Below, in pieces: positions 25,024 to 35,148 of a stretch of 54,313 nucleotides of DNA (positions are counted from its first letter, which is position 1; the number at the start of each line of letters is the position of its first letter). The stretch lies in IMG/VR virus record IMGVR_UViG_3300043395_001470, positions 1 to 54,313 of that record, one strand, 5' to 3'. Source of the DNA: a virus (taxonomy: Duplodnaviria; Caudoviricetes). Both the position numbers and the translations under genes were made by a program. The notes under the pieces are model-generated. The model saw nothing but the letters and a program-made list of their open reading frames with translations. It searched no databases and was not told the origin of the DNA.

Positions 25024-28000
25024 TCAGATAGGAATACTGAATCCACGAGTGGTGAATGGGTAGAGGTTTGCTGTTCCACTTGAGGTTGCTGCAACCTGTA
25101 CACTTGAACCAGTATAAGAAACAGTAATACCAAGACCAGCAGTTACACTTGTGATACCACTATTCGTGATAGTAGCAACGGTAATACCGGAACCAACAGT
25201 TGCATAAGAAATCGTAATACCAGTTCCAGCTTTAACTTCTTGGTTAGAAACCACCTTCCAATCAAGAACACCAGAACCTGTGGTATAAAGAACATAACCA
25301 GCAGTACCAATACCAGTTGGAAGTGTAAAGGTAATGTTGGAACCCAGAGAACCTGCTTGAAGACCAACATAGTTGCTTCTATCAGACTCATAGATTCTTA
25401 CTGCTCCAGTGACTGCAGCATTTCCGACAACATCAAGTGCTGCGATTGCTGCAACAGTATTAACACCAACATTTCCACTGACATCAATAATAAATGGAGT
25501 GGTATCTGTAGAAGTATTATCGATACGAACAATATTGCCAGAACCACTTGTGGATCTGATATTGATTGCTGGTTGTGAAGTAGCAGTAATATCAAGTTGA
25601 GCAGCAGGAACTGAGCTTCCGATACCTACCGAACCATCATTAGTAACAACAAATGGTGTTGGATCTCCACTTGTATCTTCAACATAGAATGCGTTTCCAC
25701 TTCCAGTTTGAGTTACCTTAAAAATTGTATTGCTCGAAGAACCTTCAACTACCAGATTGTTTCCGGCAGAATTGTAAAGGAAGATAGGAACACCGTTGAA
25801 CTTGTTGGAATCATTATATTGAAGTGAGTAGTTTGGAAGTCCTGGGAATGAACCACCAACACCAATCAGACCACTGGTATCTACGGTAACTGTTGCAATT
25901 CCTGTAGTTTGGTTAAATGCTGTTGTCAGTGTAACACCATAACCAACAAAGTTAATTTGTGTTGCAAGACCAACAAAATTATTCAGAGGACCACTTGAAA
26001 TTCCGATCTTCGGTGAAGCATTAAAATTAACAGTGGTAATGCCAGAAGTTACATCATTAACTGCTGTTAAATCAATACCAGTTGTTTGAATGTTAACGAG
26101 AGTCGAGAATCCAACATAAGTTCCATTAGAAGAAATACCAACTCCTGCTCCACCAATAAAACCAAATGGTTCCCACTGATTCTGAGTTACATAAGCCCAA
26201 CCAACAAATCCATTCTTAGTTGGTTCTGAGTTGAAGTTAATGTCACCATAGTTACCAGCAAGAGATGGCTTATCTTTGCTGACGGAGAACTTACGAGAAA
26301 CAACAGCATCACCTTGAATGAATACCGAACTTGCTTCAATACCTTTATTGGATGTTGAAGTGATCTTATTGTTGAAGACTACAGGACCATCAAATTCCGA
26401 AACAAGATTACCATCAGTACCACCTTCAACTCTCAGAGATCTTGTGATTGATGCTTCCAGTGGAGTCAGAACATCAAAACCAACACTGATATTTCCAGTT
26501 TCAATCTCTTCACCAGTTATAGATGGAACAGGTGCATCAAATACTTCTTCTTGACCAGTTGCAGAGTTAACTTTTTTGTTTCCAGTATAGAAGTCACCAT
26601 CACTGTTCATCGCAGTGAAGATGCTTACACCACCATCAACTTTACTATTTTGAGCAATCAGTTCTTCCTGAGGAGAAATGATTCTATCTTGTCTTTCTGG
26701 AAGAGCAGTAGAATAGTTACCAGGACCAAAACCAAGATATTCAAATGTGTGTCCAGATGCACGAATAATAGAGTTTCTACGAAGTTCAATAGGAATTACA
26801 TTGACTCTTCTGACAACTGAGTTAACAGTATGAGTTTCTCTTGTAGTTCCAAAGAGACCACGGAATACCGAAACAGAACTTCCAGTAACATCGGATTTGA
26901 TTCTGAAGATTTCACTATCGATTTGAATATAATCACCAAGTCTGAATCCAAGAGCATCAGCACCAATGATTACTAATGGTGTAGAATCTGCTGCATTTGC
27001 AAGAATCGCAGTGTTCAGAGTTGTTGTAATACCAGCATACTCAAATCCAAATCTTCCAGAAAGATTCTCATTATCTACAGTAATATCACCACCACTTGAT
27101 GCAAATCCATATCTATAAGCAGTGATAGATCCACCAGTTCCAACAACAGTTGTTCCAAGTCCTACATTAACTGTCAGAGTTGTAGGAGTAGAAACCTTCT
27201 TAACGATAAAATCACCATTAAAGAAGTTAACAGTAGCGCCACCAATACGCAGTTTGTTATCAACCTTAAATCCGTGAGGAGTATAGAATGTAAGAGCAGC
27301 AGTACCAACTGACGAATCATAAACAAATGTTGAGATGCCAAGAGCCTTACCAACGATCTTAGTATTGCTGTAAATTGTAGCAGTCACACCAAGTCCAACT
27401 TGTGTTGGGTTGTTGATAGGAACAGATGATTCAACTTCAAACTGTTTTGTATTACCAGTTGAAATGCCAGTTACTTTATAAAGAGTGTTATATTCGTTAT
27501 TAGATGACGGAATAATACCGTCAAGTTGAATACTATCGTTGATATTATCTTCAATGTAGGTAACCTGAACAACTGCAGGAACATGTGCAGTTGTAGTTGC
27601 AACACCAACAACAGAAAGTGTATTACCGATACCATAAGCACTACCACCGTCCATGATCTTGACAGCAGTAATGGTTCCTGAGGAGTTAAATGTAACAACT
27701 GCTGTTGCATTTGCTCCAGTTGTGGAACCTGCGAATCCTACAAGTCTTGCATTATAAGCATTTCCTGCTGATCCAGATCCATATCCAGAACCACCAGATA
27801 CAATGCTTACAGAAGTAATACCAGCAAGACCGTGATCTAATGCTGAGTAGAATGTGTGAGCAGTTCCTGCAGTATTGGACCTAATATCAGTTAATCCAAA
27901 ACCAACAGCAAAGTCAATCAGACCCTTACCAAGTGATTCCTTAGTAATACTCTTTTGAGTGTCATTAACAACAACTTGACCAATTGGATCGGGAAGAGCA

Positions 28001-31000
28001 AATGATGCTGAAGGTGCTGGATCTGAGACAGGATTATCTCTATTTGTTTGTGGATAAAGATTCTGAATTGGTTGTGGGAATCTTAAATCAGTGAATGGGG
28101 CAACAGTTGGTGAGTTAGATGCGTTACTGACAATTAAGTGATAAACACCGTCTTGAGCACCAGGAACATACTTTTGAATCTCTTGGCTTCTATAGATTTG
28201 ATATGTTCCAGGGAACTTCTTCTTTCTAAAAGCAGGAAGACTTGAAGTTCTTGCTGAAGTATCGTTTGTAAATGTACCTGGATTTGTCGTCAGGGCATAA
28301 CTAAACTGTTTTGTGCTGCTAATACCGGTAACTGTAAAGGTTCCGTTGAAAGCAGAGTTTGCTACACCAGTTGTATTATTTGTACTTCTGACATTAATAA
28401 CTTCAACTTGAGATCCAATATTCAGATCATGTGGAAGTTCTGTAATAACGCTTGCTGTATTAGAAGACCAAGTTGCATTGGCAATGAATCTTGGATTACG
28501 AAGTTCCGTTGAGTTTGAAAGTGTTGAACTATTTGTTGGATCGAAGTATTTCTGAATTTCAGTTGTTCCTGCTCCAATTACATTACCAGACTCTTCAATG
28601 ATGTATCCATCCAGTGGAGGACGAGCAGACAGTGCTGAATCTTTAGGAAGAACATAACGAAGACGATAGATTGTATCAATTAAACTTCTAGTATCAGGTT
28701 TTCTTGTAATATAAGTTCTTGGAGTAGCAGCACCAAGACCGGTAGTTCCAAGACCAACAACAGTAGAGTAGATTGTGTTCTCTGAAGAAGCAGTAGAAAC
28801 ATTTACATACCACTGCGAACCATCCCATTGAACTGGGTGACCGATTTCTCCAGGGGTCTTATCAGAAACTCTACTGACAATTGTAAGAATACCACCATTA
28901 CTATTGACAGTGATTGGTTGATCTCTTACAGCGTCATTCAGAGATTGAGCAATCTTGACTTGATTATTGCCAAGAGTTCCATCAGTTTGATTTGTAATGA
29001 CATTATAAACTTGGTTTGAATTCAGACCATCAGGAACATGTCCATTCTCACTGAATATTCTGACTGTTTCTCCAGTTAAGAAAGAGTGATTTGAAGTTAA
29101 GGTAAAAACATTTGCCGAAATGCTATTAATACCTACACCACTTCTTCCTACAGTGAATAACTTCTGAGAAGATAGTTCTGATGATGTGTATTGTGTATTC
29201 GGCATAATGATTCGTGCCGAATATTGAGTTGTTACACCTGCCTGAGAAATCTGAACGTTGAGAGCATCGTTTACTTTTGCACCTAAACGATAACCATCAA
29301 GAACTGTAGTAGGTGCTACGTCTTCATTGATTTCATTGTAAAGATAAAGTCTGTTTGTTGAAGCAATACCTACGGTCTTTGCTACATCAATAGCAACAAA
29401 CTCAATACTAGTTTCTGATGTCTCAATCTGCTTTGGAGGAATGACATGTGTAATATAACCAATGTCATCTCTTGGGAATGCTTCACTTCTGAAACCTGAA
29501 GCTACAAGAGATTTTGCACCAAAGTTTGAGTTAGAGTTTGTGATTGAAAGGTCGCCACCAGACTCGGATACAAAGTGCTGAGCATAACCAATCGCAAAGA
29601 TAGAAACTAACTGAAGGAACGCATTATTGGTTGCCTTAATGTGGAAGTTTTCATAAGTTGGTTTAAATCTTGCACGAGAATCACTATGAAGATTCTCAAA
29701 TGATGTCGAATCTTTATAAGTTCCAGAGGTTGAATCATACTTGACAAAAGCATTATCATCTTTCTGAAGTCCAATGCCCGTAAACTGAGCAACAACCATG
29801 GACTTGAATCCGTTTGCCTTACTACCATCAGCAAGCAAACCACACATACCATAAACTGAACGCAGAGAACAGTTAAAGATGTAGGGTGAAGCAGATGTGA
29901 CAGTATCAACAGCAATGTTCAGAGTTGCGCCTGCCACTGATGGAAGAGCATTTGTTGGAGCATTCTGAACCTGATAAACAATCTCAGTTGTGCTATTAAC
30001 TTCAGAAACAACAAACTGACCATCGTAACCAGGAGATCCAACTCCATTAATTTGAATTGGAGTATCAACATTCAGACCATTAAGTGCCGATGAAAGTGTT
30101 ACAGTAATCTGAGTATTTGGTGTTACTCCATTACCAGCCTTAATACTTGAGATTCCGACTTCAGCACCACGAGATCCAACAATACGATATTCGTCAACAA
30201 CAGTTTGAATATCCAGAGTAGATGAAGGATAATCTGGTTCAATAGGTCTACCACTTGATTGACCATAAGCAATACTAATTTTTTCATAATACATATCCAG
30301 ATCAGTTCTATCTGTAGAATAAGTCTGGAAAGTATCTGCAATACTTACATCATTTACACCATCAGCATACTCAAAAGCAGTGAGTTTGTGGTGAGAGAAG
30401 TTGGGAACAAAGGTATTTGTAGTGTAATCTTTATAACAAATACCATTTGGATCGGCATCAAGAACACTGAACTGCCAAAGGTAACAACCACCAGTTACAC
30501 GAAAAACAGCAGATCTCTCAATATTGTTGTTTTCTGGATTTGGAACATAAGTAGGACGAATCTTAGTCTTACGAAGATCCATACCAACGATAGAAACACC
30601 ACGAGGAATGATAACTCCACCGTGAACCGAGTTTAACTTATAAAGTGCGTTATTATTTGTTGTGAGATCAAAGTTTGTCGTTAAATCAAAGGGCACTAAG
30701 TCATTTGTAGTAGCACCACTACGCATTCTAAAATTATTTGCACCATCAGGAATATAACCTGGACGGTTATCTACAGTATGGTCTCCAGGATACAGAAGAA
30801 TCGTAGTCTTATTAAATCTATCGTTATCCAATCCTCTCTGATATGAGAATCGTGCTGCCTCAATCAGTGCCCTTTGAATTGTCTTAAAAGGTCTTGTAAG
30901 GCTGTTGCCCTGATTCTCGATACTATCAGTAGAATCTAAACTGCTTGGATCAACATAGAGAATGGTTCCACGAGTTGATTTCAGAAAATTATCTAATCTG

Positions 31001-31011
31001 GAGAGACCCAT
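25024..31011 (-). CDS. Large virion structural protein (tail/baseplate-associated, 1995 aa)
   Basis: MGLSRLDNFLK...PFKTIQRAL N-terminus typical of cyanomyovirus structural proteins; beta-rich repeats. Confidence 0.8.
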   Translation of the reverse strand: MGLSRLDNFLKSTRGTILYVDPSSLDSTDSIENQGNSLTRPFKTIQRALIEAARFSYQRGLDNDRFNKTTILLYPGDHTVDNRPGYIPDGANNFRMRSGATTNDLVPFDLTTNFDLTTNNNALYKLNSVHGGVIIPRGVSIVGMDLRKTKIRPTYVPNPENNNIERSAVFRVTGGCYLWQFSVLDADPNGICYKDYTTNTFVPNFSHHKLTAFEYADGVNDVSIADTFQTYSTDRTDLDMYYEKISIAYGQSSGRPIEPDYPSSTLDIQTVVDEYRIVGSRGAEVGISSIKAGNGVTPNTQITVTLSSALNGLNVDTPIQINGVGSPGYDGQFVVSEVNSTTEIVYQVQNAPTNALPSVAGATLNIAVDTVTSASPYIFNCSLRSVYGMCGLLADGSKANGFKSMVVAQFTGIGLQKDDNAFVKYDSTSGTYKDSTSFENLHSDSRARFKPTYENFHIKATNNAFLQLVSIFAIGYAQHFVSESGGDLSITNSNSNFGAKSLVASGFRSEAFPRDDIGYITHVIPPKQIETSETSIEFVAIDVAKTVGIASTNRLYLYNEINEDVAPTTVLDGYRLGAKVNDALNVQISQAGVTTQYSARIIMPNTQYTSSELSSQKLFTVGRSGVGINSISANVFTLTSNHSFLTGETVRIFSENGHVPDGLNSNQVYNVITNQTDGTLGNNQVKIAQSLNDAVRDQPITVNSNGGILTIVSRVSDKTPGEIGHPVQWDGSQWYVNVSTASSENTIYSTVVGLGTTGLGAATPRTYITRKPDTRSLIDTIYRLRYVLPKDSALSARPPLDGYIIEESGNVIGAGTTEIQKYFDPTNSSTLSNSTELRNPRFIANATWSSNTASVITELPHDLNIGSQVEVINVRSTNNTTGVANSAFNGTFTVTGISSTKQFSYALTTNPGTFTNDTSARTSSLPAFRKKKFPGTYQIYRSQEIQKYVPGAQDGVYHLIVSNASNSPTVAPFTDLRFPQPIQNLYPQTNRDNPVSDPAPSASFALPDPIGQVVVNDTQKSITKESLGKGLIDFAVGFGLTDIRSNTAGTAHTFYSALDHGLAGITSVSIVSGGSGYGSGSAGNAYNARLVGFAGSTTGANATAVVTFNSSGTITAVKIMDGGSAYGIGNTLSVVGVATTTAHVPAVVQVTYIEDNINDSIQLDGIIPSSNNEYNTLYKVTGISTGNTKQFEVESSVPINNPTQVGLGVTATIYSNTKIVGKALGISTFVYDSSVGTAALTFYTPHGFKVDNKLRIGGATVNFFNGDFIVKKVSTPTTLTVNVGLGTTVVGTGGSITAYRYGFASSGGDITVDNENLSGRFGFEYAGITTTLNTAILANAADSTPLVIIGADALGFRLGDYIQIDSEIFRIKSDVTGSSVSVFRGLFGTTRETHTVNSVVRRVNVIPIELRRNSIIRASGHTFEYLGFGPGNYSTALPERQDRIISPQEELIAQNSKVDGGVSIFTAMNSDGDFYTGNKKVNSATGQEEVFDAPVPSITGEEIETGNISVGFDVLTPLEASITRSLRVEGGTDGNLVSEFDGPVVFNNKITSTSNKGIEASSVFIQGDAVVSRKFSVSKDKPSLAGNYGDINFNSEPTKNGFVGWAYVTQNQWEPFGFIGGAGVGISSNGTYVGFSTLVNIQTTGIDLTAVNDVTSGITTVNFNASPKIGISSGPLNNFVGLATQINFVGYGVTLTTAFNQTTGIATVTVDTSGLIGVGGSFPGLPNYSLQYNDSNKFNGVPIFLYNSAGNNLVVEGSSSNTIFKVTQTGSGNAFYVEDTSGDPTPFVVTNDGSVGIGSSVPAAQLDITATSQPAINIRSTSGSGNIVRIDNTSTDTTPFIIDVSGNVGVNTVAAIAALDVVGNAAVTGAVRIYESDRSNYVGLQAGSLGSNITFTLPTGIGTAGYVLYTTGSGVLDWKVVSNQEVKAGTGITISYATVGSGITVATITNSGITSVTAGLGITVSYTGSSVQVAATSSGTANLYPFTTRGFSIPI

Positions 31012-31054
31012 CTTATTAATGCTTATAGTTTCCGTTATGGATTATTTATCATAT

Positions 31055-31086
31055 GAAAAAAGAGGAGACCCCTAAGGATCTCCTCT
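31055..31086 (-). terminator. Intrinsic terminator
   Basis: GAGGAGA...TCTCCTC stem followed by a T6 tract on the minus strand. Confidence 0.6.
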
Positions 31087-31112
31087 CCGCACTTCCTTCA
31101 CACCATATTATT

Positions 31113-31721
31113 TTACCACTTCTCCTGCTTCCATGTCAACCTTTTTCTGAGTCCCTCATCGAATACCATAAGATACCGATGTTTACGAGACCTATCCCTC
31201 CACTCACCATCAGCACCTCTAATGCTACCTCTAGAATGCTTAGTTCCGTCAGCATAATAAAAATCCTTCTTAGGTGCAGTTAGACCGTAGTATTGAAAAT
31301 TGCAAGCTCGGTATATAACTCCAGTGTGGTGATTAGAGTCAGCGTAACTAAGAATAGCACGAACTGGGGCATCTTTTCTAAATCTCCTTATGCAACGACT
31401 GACGAACCAAGATGTGATATTATACTCTTCTTTTTGAACATCTGGGTGAATACAAAGTCTTGATAACTCATAGATGCCCTCTTGTTTATGCCTTTGTAAT
31501 CCAAAAGCACCTACTGCTATCTCTGGGACGGGGAGGCCAGTAAAGACACAAGTGCCCAAGCAACCACCAACCCTAAGAATGTCAGAAACCGAGGATCTGA
31601 AAAGCCCATAGTTGAAACCAGATTTAAAATCTTTTGATTCGTCTTTAAGATAATGATAGGTATAAAGAAGATCTTTGATTTCTTCTTTACCTACCCTATC
31701 TATATAAAAATCTGATTTCAT
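31113..31721 (-). CDS. Mom-like GNAT DNA-modification protein
   Basis: HYL...YELSRL...SWFVS...ILSYAD...GVIYRACNFQYYG, characteristic of the Mu Mom family. Confidence 0.7.
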   Translation of the reverse strand: MKSDFYIDRVGKEEIKDLLYTYHYLKDESKDFKSGFNYGLFRSSVSDILRVGGCLGTCVFTGLPVPEIAVGAFGLQRHKQEGIYELSRLCIHPDVQKEEYNITSWFVSRCIRRFRKDAPVRAILSYADSNHHTGVIYRACNFQYYGLTAPKKDFYYADGTKHSRGSIRGADGEWRDRSRKHRYLMVFDEGLRKRLTWKQEKW

Positions 31722-31731
31722 CTAAGTATTT

Positions 31732-31905
31732 TTACTCACTTTGTTTGCATTCTAACATATATTCTACAGTATTTGCCACATCATTCATTGCATCACGAAG
31801 AAAAGGTCTTTGTCCAGATTCTTGCCTACAAACAGGACGACTATTATCAGTCAAAGTCCAACGCCACTGATTCATGTCAGCACAATACCAGAGATTAATT
31901 TTCAT
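31732..31905 (-). CDS. Hypothetical protein
   Basis: Likely start MKINLWYC. Confidence 0.6.
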   Translation of the reverse strand: MKINLWYCADMNQWRWTLTDNSRPVCRQESGQRPFLRDAMNDVANTVEYMLECKQSE

Positions 31906-32053
31906 TTTTGAAATGCTCCAGTTCGATCCAGTTAAGGAGTGTTTGAAATGCAGTGATGGAAGCATTCGTGCAATTATCATCCTTAAGTTTTTGAACATAA
32001 TATTCAAGTGCTTCAATGACCATCTCACGGTCTTGTTTGGATATTAGTGACAT
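31895..32053 (-). CDS. Hypothetical protein
   Basis: Likely start MSLISKQD (the longer ORF overlaps the tRNA). Confidence 0.6.
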   Translation of the reverse strand: MSLISKQDREMVIEALEYYVQKLKDDNCTNASITAFQTLLNWIELEHFKNEN

Positions 32054-32071
32054 TGGAGTTTTAGAACTCAG

Positions 32072-32143
32072 AGCCCCCGACAAGATTTGAACTTGCGACA
32101 TCGGCTTTACAAAAGCCGTGCTCTACCACTGAGCTACAAGGGC
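32072..32143 (-). tRNA. tRNA-Thr(UGU)
   Basis: GCCCTTG acceptor, TAGCTCAGTGGTAGAGC D-arm, CGGCT-TTTGTAA-AGCCG anticodon arm, GTTCAAAT T-loop; CCA not encoded. Confidence 0.92.
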
Positions 32144-32144
32144 A

Positions 32145-32414
32145 TTAATCGGCAGGTAACATTTCTGGATTTTCCAGTTCAACCTCAAACATAAGAGGAT
32201 GACACTCTTCATCAATCAAATAGAACGATGAATGGTACAAATCCTCAGGTTCAAAGCGTCTTTCGTTATCTGCTAATTTGATTAATTCCAGATCATAAAT
32301 GGATTCGTCTGGAAGTTCATCAAAAGTAAATGGAACTTGATTTATGAAATACATCAGAACAATCATTGTTCCTTTATTGTACCAACAATATCTGGCATCA
32401 ATTCTGTACTTCAT
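32145..32414 (-). CDS. Hypothetical protein
   Basis: ORF track; CTAAATA upstream. Confidence 0.7.
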   Translation of the reverse strand: MKYRIDARYCWYNKGTMIVLMYFINQVPFTFDELPDESIYDLELIKLADNERRFEPEDLYHSSFYLIDEECHPLMFEVELENPEMLPAD

Positions 32415-32441
32415 AGGAAAGTTCCTATTACTTTTGGTTAT

Positions 32442-32900
32442 TTAGAGTATCTTGTTACGACCTCTATAAGTATCTGTTTGTGCGTGGCAGTTTGGGCATA
32501 ATAATCGGAGATTTTCTAAACGGTTATCGTAGTTGATGCCATTTATATGATCCAACTCTAAAGGAGTTGGTCTATCTCTCCATTTTGTTATACCACACAT
32601 TTCACACTGATGAATTTTAATACCTTCCTGTAGTAGACGATTTTTTAATTTATGTGATTGATAGGGATGTTTTCTATCATTCACCAAAAGTTCTTCTACA
32701 GGTTTTCGTGGTCCAAGTGTTTTTCCCTTATTCCACGCCTGTCCTTTAAAATGTGAAGTATCTAACCCAAGATTTTTAACTCTTGTTTTGGCAATAGTAT
32801 AATTGCCACCTGCTTCCTTGAGTCCAAGTTTGTTTAGGACTTGTCTCATACTTGTTGAGGACTTTACAGCATCAATAAATTGTTCTTCAGTGTATTTCAT
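32442..32900 (-). CDS. HNH endonuclease (tRNA-region homing endonuclease)
   Basis: CEMCG...LELDHINGINYDNRLENLRLLCPNCH. Confidence 0.88.
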   Translation of the reverse strand: MKYTEEQFIDAVKSSTSMRQVLNKLGLKEAGGNYTIAKTRVKNLGLDTSHFKGQAWNKGKTLGPRKPVEELLVNDRKHPYQSHKLKNRLLQEGIKIHQCEMCGITKWRDRPTPLELDHINGINYDNRLENLRLLCPNCHAQTDTYRGRNKIL

Positions 32901-32945
32901 AGAAAAGGTAGACGTTATATTTATTTATAAAGTTTACCTTTTCTA
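32900..32945 (-). promoter_or_regulatory. Late promoter TATAAATA inside a 14-bp hairpin whose 3' arm abuts the HNH start codon
   Basis: TAGAAAAGGTAAAC...GTCTACCTTTTCTA; promoter at 32922-32929. Confidence 0.7.
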
Positions 32946-32946
32946 A

Positions 32947-33031
32947 TGGGCAAGGGGGGACTCGAACCCCCACGGGATTACTCCCAGCGCATTTTAAGTG
33001 CGATACGGCTACCGGATTACGTCACTCGCCC
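32947..33031 (-). tRNA. tRNA-Leu(UAA)
   Basis: GGGCGAG acceptor, CGCA-CTTAAAA-TGCG anticodon arm, long variable arm, GTTCGAGT T-loop. Confidence 0.9.
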
Positions 33032-33039
33032 ATAAAAAC

Positions 33040-33219
33040 TCAGAGAAGACTGAGTTGATTATTAGATTCTACCACATAAGTCGGGGGATGTAACCTACAA
33101 TATTCATTAAATGTAATTTTCATTTCTTTGTTCGTGAGACCACAGTTTGATGCTGCTTGAGGAATGTTCCACTTTGCAGTGAAAAGCATTTCCATCGATT
33201 CTCTTGTCTCTGGACGCAT
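33040..33219 (-). CDS. Small hypothetical protein (59 aa, MRPETRESMEMLF...)
   Basis: Translated by hand; below ORF-track cutoff. Confidence 0.6.
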   Translation of the reverse strand: MRPETRESMEMLFTAKWNIPQAASNCGLTNKEMKITFNEYCRLHPPTYVVESNNQLSLL

Positions 33220-33223
33220 TTTG

Positions 33224-33282
33224 AAAAAGTAATAGAACTAAAATTTTACCGGGAATTTTTCCCCCTAAAAATGAAACTTAAA
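33224..33282. repeat. Dispersed intergenic element, copy A (copy B at 50636-50693)
   Basis: AAAAAGTAATA...ATTTT.CCGGGAATTTTT.CCCCCTAAAA.TG.AA.TTAAA shared by both copies. Confidence 0.75.
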
Positions 33283-33469
33283 GTGGATTTGCGTAGGAGA
33301 GAGTATCCTCATCCACTGTGGCACGAACAAAGTCTAACACGTTCATGAACTCATCTACGGTCTCGCAGACCACTTCCTTTTCTGACCCCTCACTGGAGTA
33401 CAGATACACGGTTCGTTTGATTGGATCAACCACACAACGTGTCAGATACTCATCCTGCATTCGGTTCAT
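33278..33469 (-). CDS. Hypothetical protein
   Basis: ORF track; TTGACA-17-TATATT upstream. Confidence 0.7.
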   Translation of the reverse strand: MNRMQDEYLTRCVVDPIKRTVYLYSSEGSEKEVVCETVDEFMNVLDFVRATVDEDTLSYANPL

Positions 33470-33518
33470 CCGTTGATTACCTTAGTAATATAGCAGGTGC
33501 CGAGTCCCTTGTCAAGGG

Positions 33519-33752
33519 TCAGGCAAGTTTTAATGTCGTGGAACCGATACCTGCTACAGAAAAAGTAATATCGGATCCTGATACTGAGAATGTTAAAGTA
33601 TTTGTTCCGTTACTATTTCCTGTTGATGTAACAATTCCACTAACATTTAAAGATCCAAAAGATCCTGTTCCGGCAATTGTCAAACCACCAGAATTGGGAT
33701 CACTAGGCAATTCTGGTGCTTCTCTTGGGGTAAATCCACTAAATTCTGCCAT
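33519..33752 (-). CDS. Small structural-type protein
   Basis: G/S/T-rich. Confidence 0.6.
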   Translation of the reverse strand: MAEFSGFTPREAPELPSDPNSGGLTIAGTGSFGSLNVSGIVTSTGNSNGTNTLTFSVSGSDITFSVAGIGSTTLKLA

Positions 33753-33756
33753 TTAT

Positions 33757-34557
33757 TTACTCCTTAGTATCATAATGATATCCAGCAATAGATCTCTGAG
33801 AATTATCTCCAGGATAATCTTCAATTGTTCCTTCGTATTCTGGAATAAGTCTTTCTGTATCAATTCTTTCAGCCATGATGTGGTAGAAACAATTGATTGG
33901 CATACCTCCACGGGACTGAAGATATACTTTTTCATCATCCCACCGTTTTACAATAATATCTTGGTGGGCACCGATTGCCGTTAAGTTAACTGTAATAGTA
34001 TCAATATCAACAAGACCTTTCCAATAATCTGGAAGAAGAATCTCTGTAGTATTTCTAACTCTTCCTCGAATATAAACTGCTGCTTCAGGTCCTTCTACAC
34101 AAGTATGAGTCAGTCTCCATCCTTCTCGTGTTGGGTGAGGAATATCAAAGTTTTTCTTCGCAGAAAGTCTATGAGCACCACAAAAAGCAACTACATCTCC
34201 TTGAGATTGAATGAGTGCTCCTGCTCTTACAATTGCGCCAGCAGTAATGATTCCATCCACATCCAAATTGGAGAAAATAGCAGCATCACCAAGAACCGCA
34301 AGAGAATACGGTGAATTGTTTACGATTCCACAGGCAACAAGTGCTCCAGGAATAATAGGTGGAGGAGATTCGGTATTTGTGAGGGGGGCAATCATTACAG
34401 TTCCCCAAATATTAGGAAACACTAAAGGATTTCCAGTTATAGTTGGTCCCTCTAAGAAAGCAGATCCACGAATTTCTAATGGGCCCCTACCTAATATTTC
34501 AGGTCTACCTACACCAACAAATAGTCTTTTTCCAACATAAAGATCGGGTACTTTCAT
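33757..34557 (-). CDS. gp5-associated tail spike-like protein with chaperone-like C-terminus
   Basis: KNFDIPHP...RLTHTCVEGPEAAVYIRG...LPDYW; position after gp5. Confidence 0.6.
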   Translation of the reverse strand: MKVPDLYVGKRLFVGVGRPEILGRGPLEIRGSAFLEGPTITGNPLVFPNIWGTVMIAPLTNTESPPPIIPGALVACGIVNNSPYSLAVLGDAAIFSNLDVDGIITAGAIVRAGALIQSQGDVVAFCGAHRLSAKKNFDIPHPTREGWRLTHTCVEGPEAAVYIRGRVRNTTEILLPDYWKGLVDIDTITVNLTAIGAHQDIIVKRWDDEKVYLQSRGGMPINCFYHIMAERIDTERLIPEYEGTIEDYPGDNSQRSIAGYHYDTKE

Positions 34558-34560
34558 ATT

Positions 34561-35148
34561 TTAAAATTTAAATCTATCTTCATTAAAGAACAATCCACCT
34601 TTGGATCCTTTAATTTTTGTCGCTCCATCGGCACAGTCAATTAGACCACCATAAATGTTAAGAATACCTTTACCAATACACTCTACAGTTTTCTCTGAGA
34701 ATATTTTGGTAGATACTTTACTATCTAGGTCGATCTGCTGAGACTTTAAGAGAATCTTTTCGTCAGCATCTAATATTATAACACCTTTTTCGTTTCCTGT
34801 CCCAGAGGCACGAATATCAACATTCTCTGCAGCAATTCTGAGTCTGCCCTTTGGTACATTAATTACAAAATCACCACTTGTTGCCTCAAAGTATATTCCT
34901 GGTATTTCTTTAGATACATCAGTTCCAGCAATAACTTGATAAGTTCCAGGACATCTATTAATAGTTCCACCTTTTCTGCCGCCTTCAGTGGAACCATCAA
35001 CATCCATTTGCATGTAATGTCTTCCGCCATCAGGTCCAGTCCTGAGCATAACCCCAGACTGAACATTATCATCATGAATATGTCCAAATCTTATCTCACC
35101 ATGATGAGTTCCATATCTTGTCGAATAACTATCTTTTTTCTGTCCCAT
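34561..35148 (-). CDS. Baseplate-associated hypothetical protein
   Basis: Coupled to gp5; beta-rich. Confidence 0.6.
   Translation of the reverse strand: MGQKKDSYSTRYGTHHGEIRFGHIHDDNVQSGVMLRTGPDGGRHYMQMDVDGSTEGGRKGGTINRCPGTYQVIAGTDVSKEIPGIYFEATSGDFVINVPKGRLRIAAENVDIRASGTGNEKGVIILDADEKILLKSQQIDLDSKVSTKIFSEKTVECIGKGILNIYGGLIDCADGATKIKGSKGGLFFNEDRFKF

Noticed and set aside
33040-33219. Possible frameshift in the C-run of the small ORF upstream of tRNA-Leu
   Set aside because: Recounting gives five Cs and an intact 59-aa frame.
33421-33984. 187-aa plus-strand ORF
   Set aside because: Antisense overlap of three coherent minus-strand genes.
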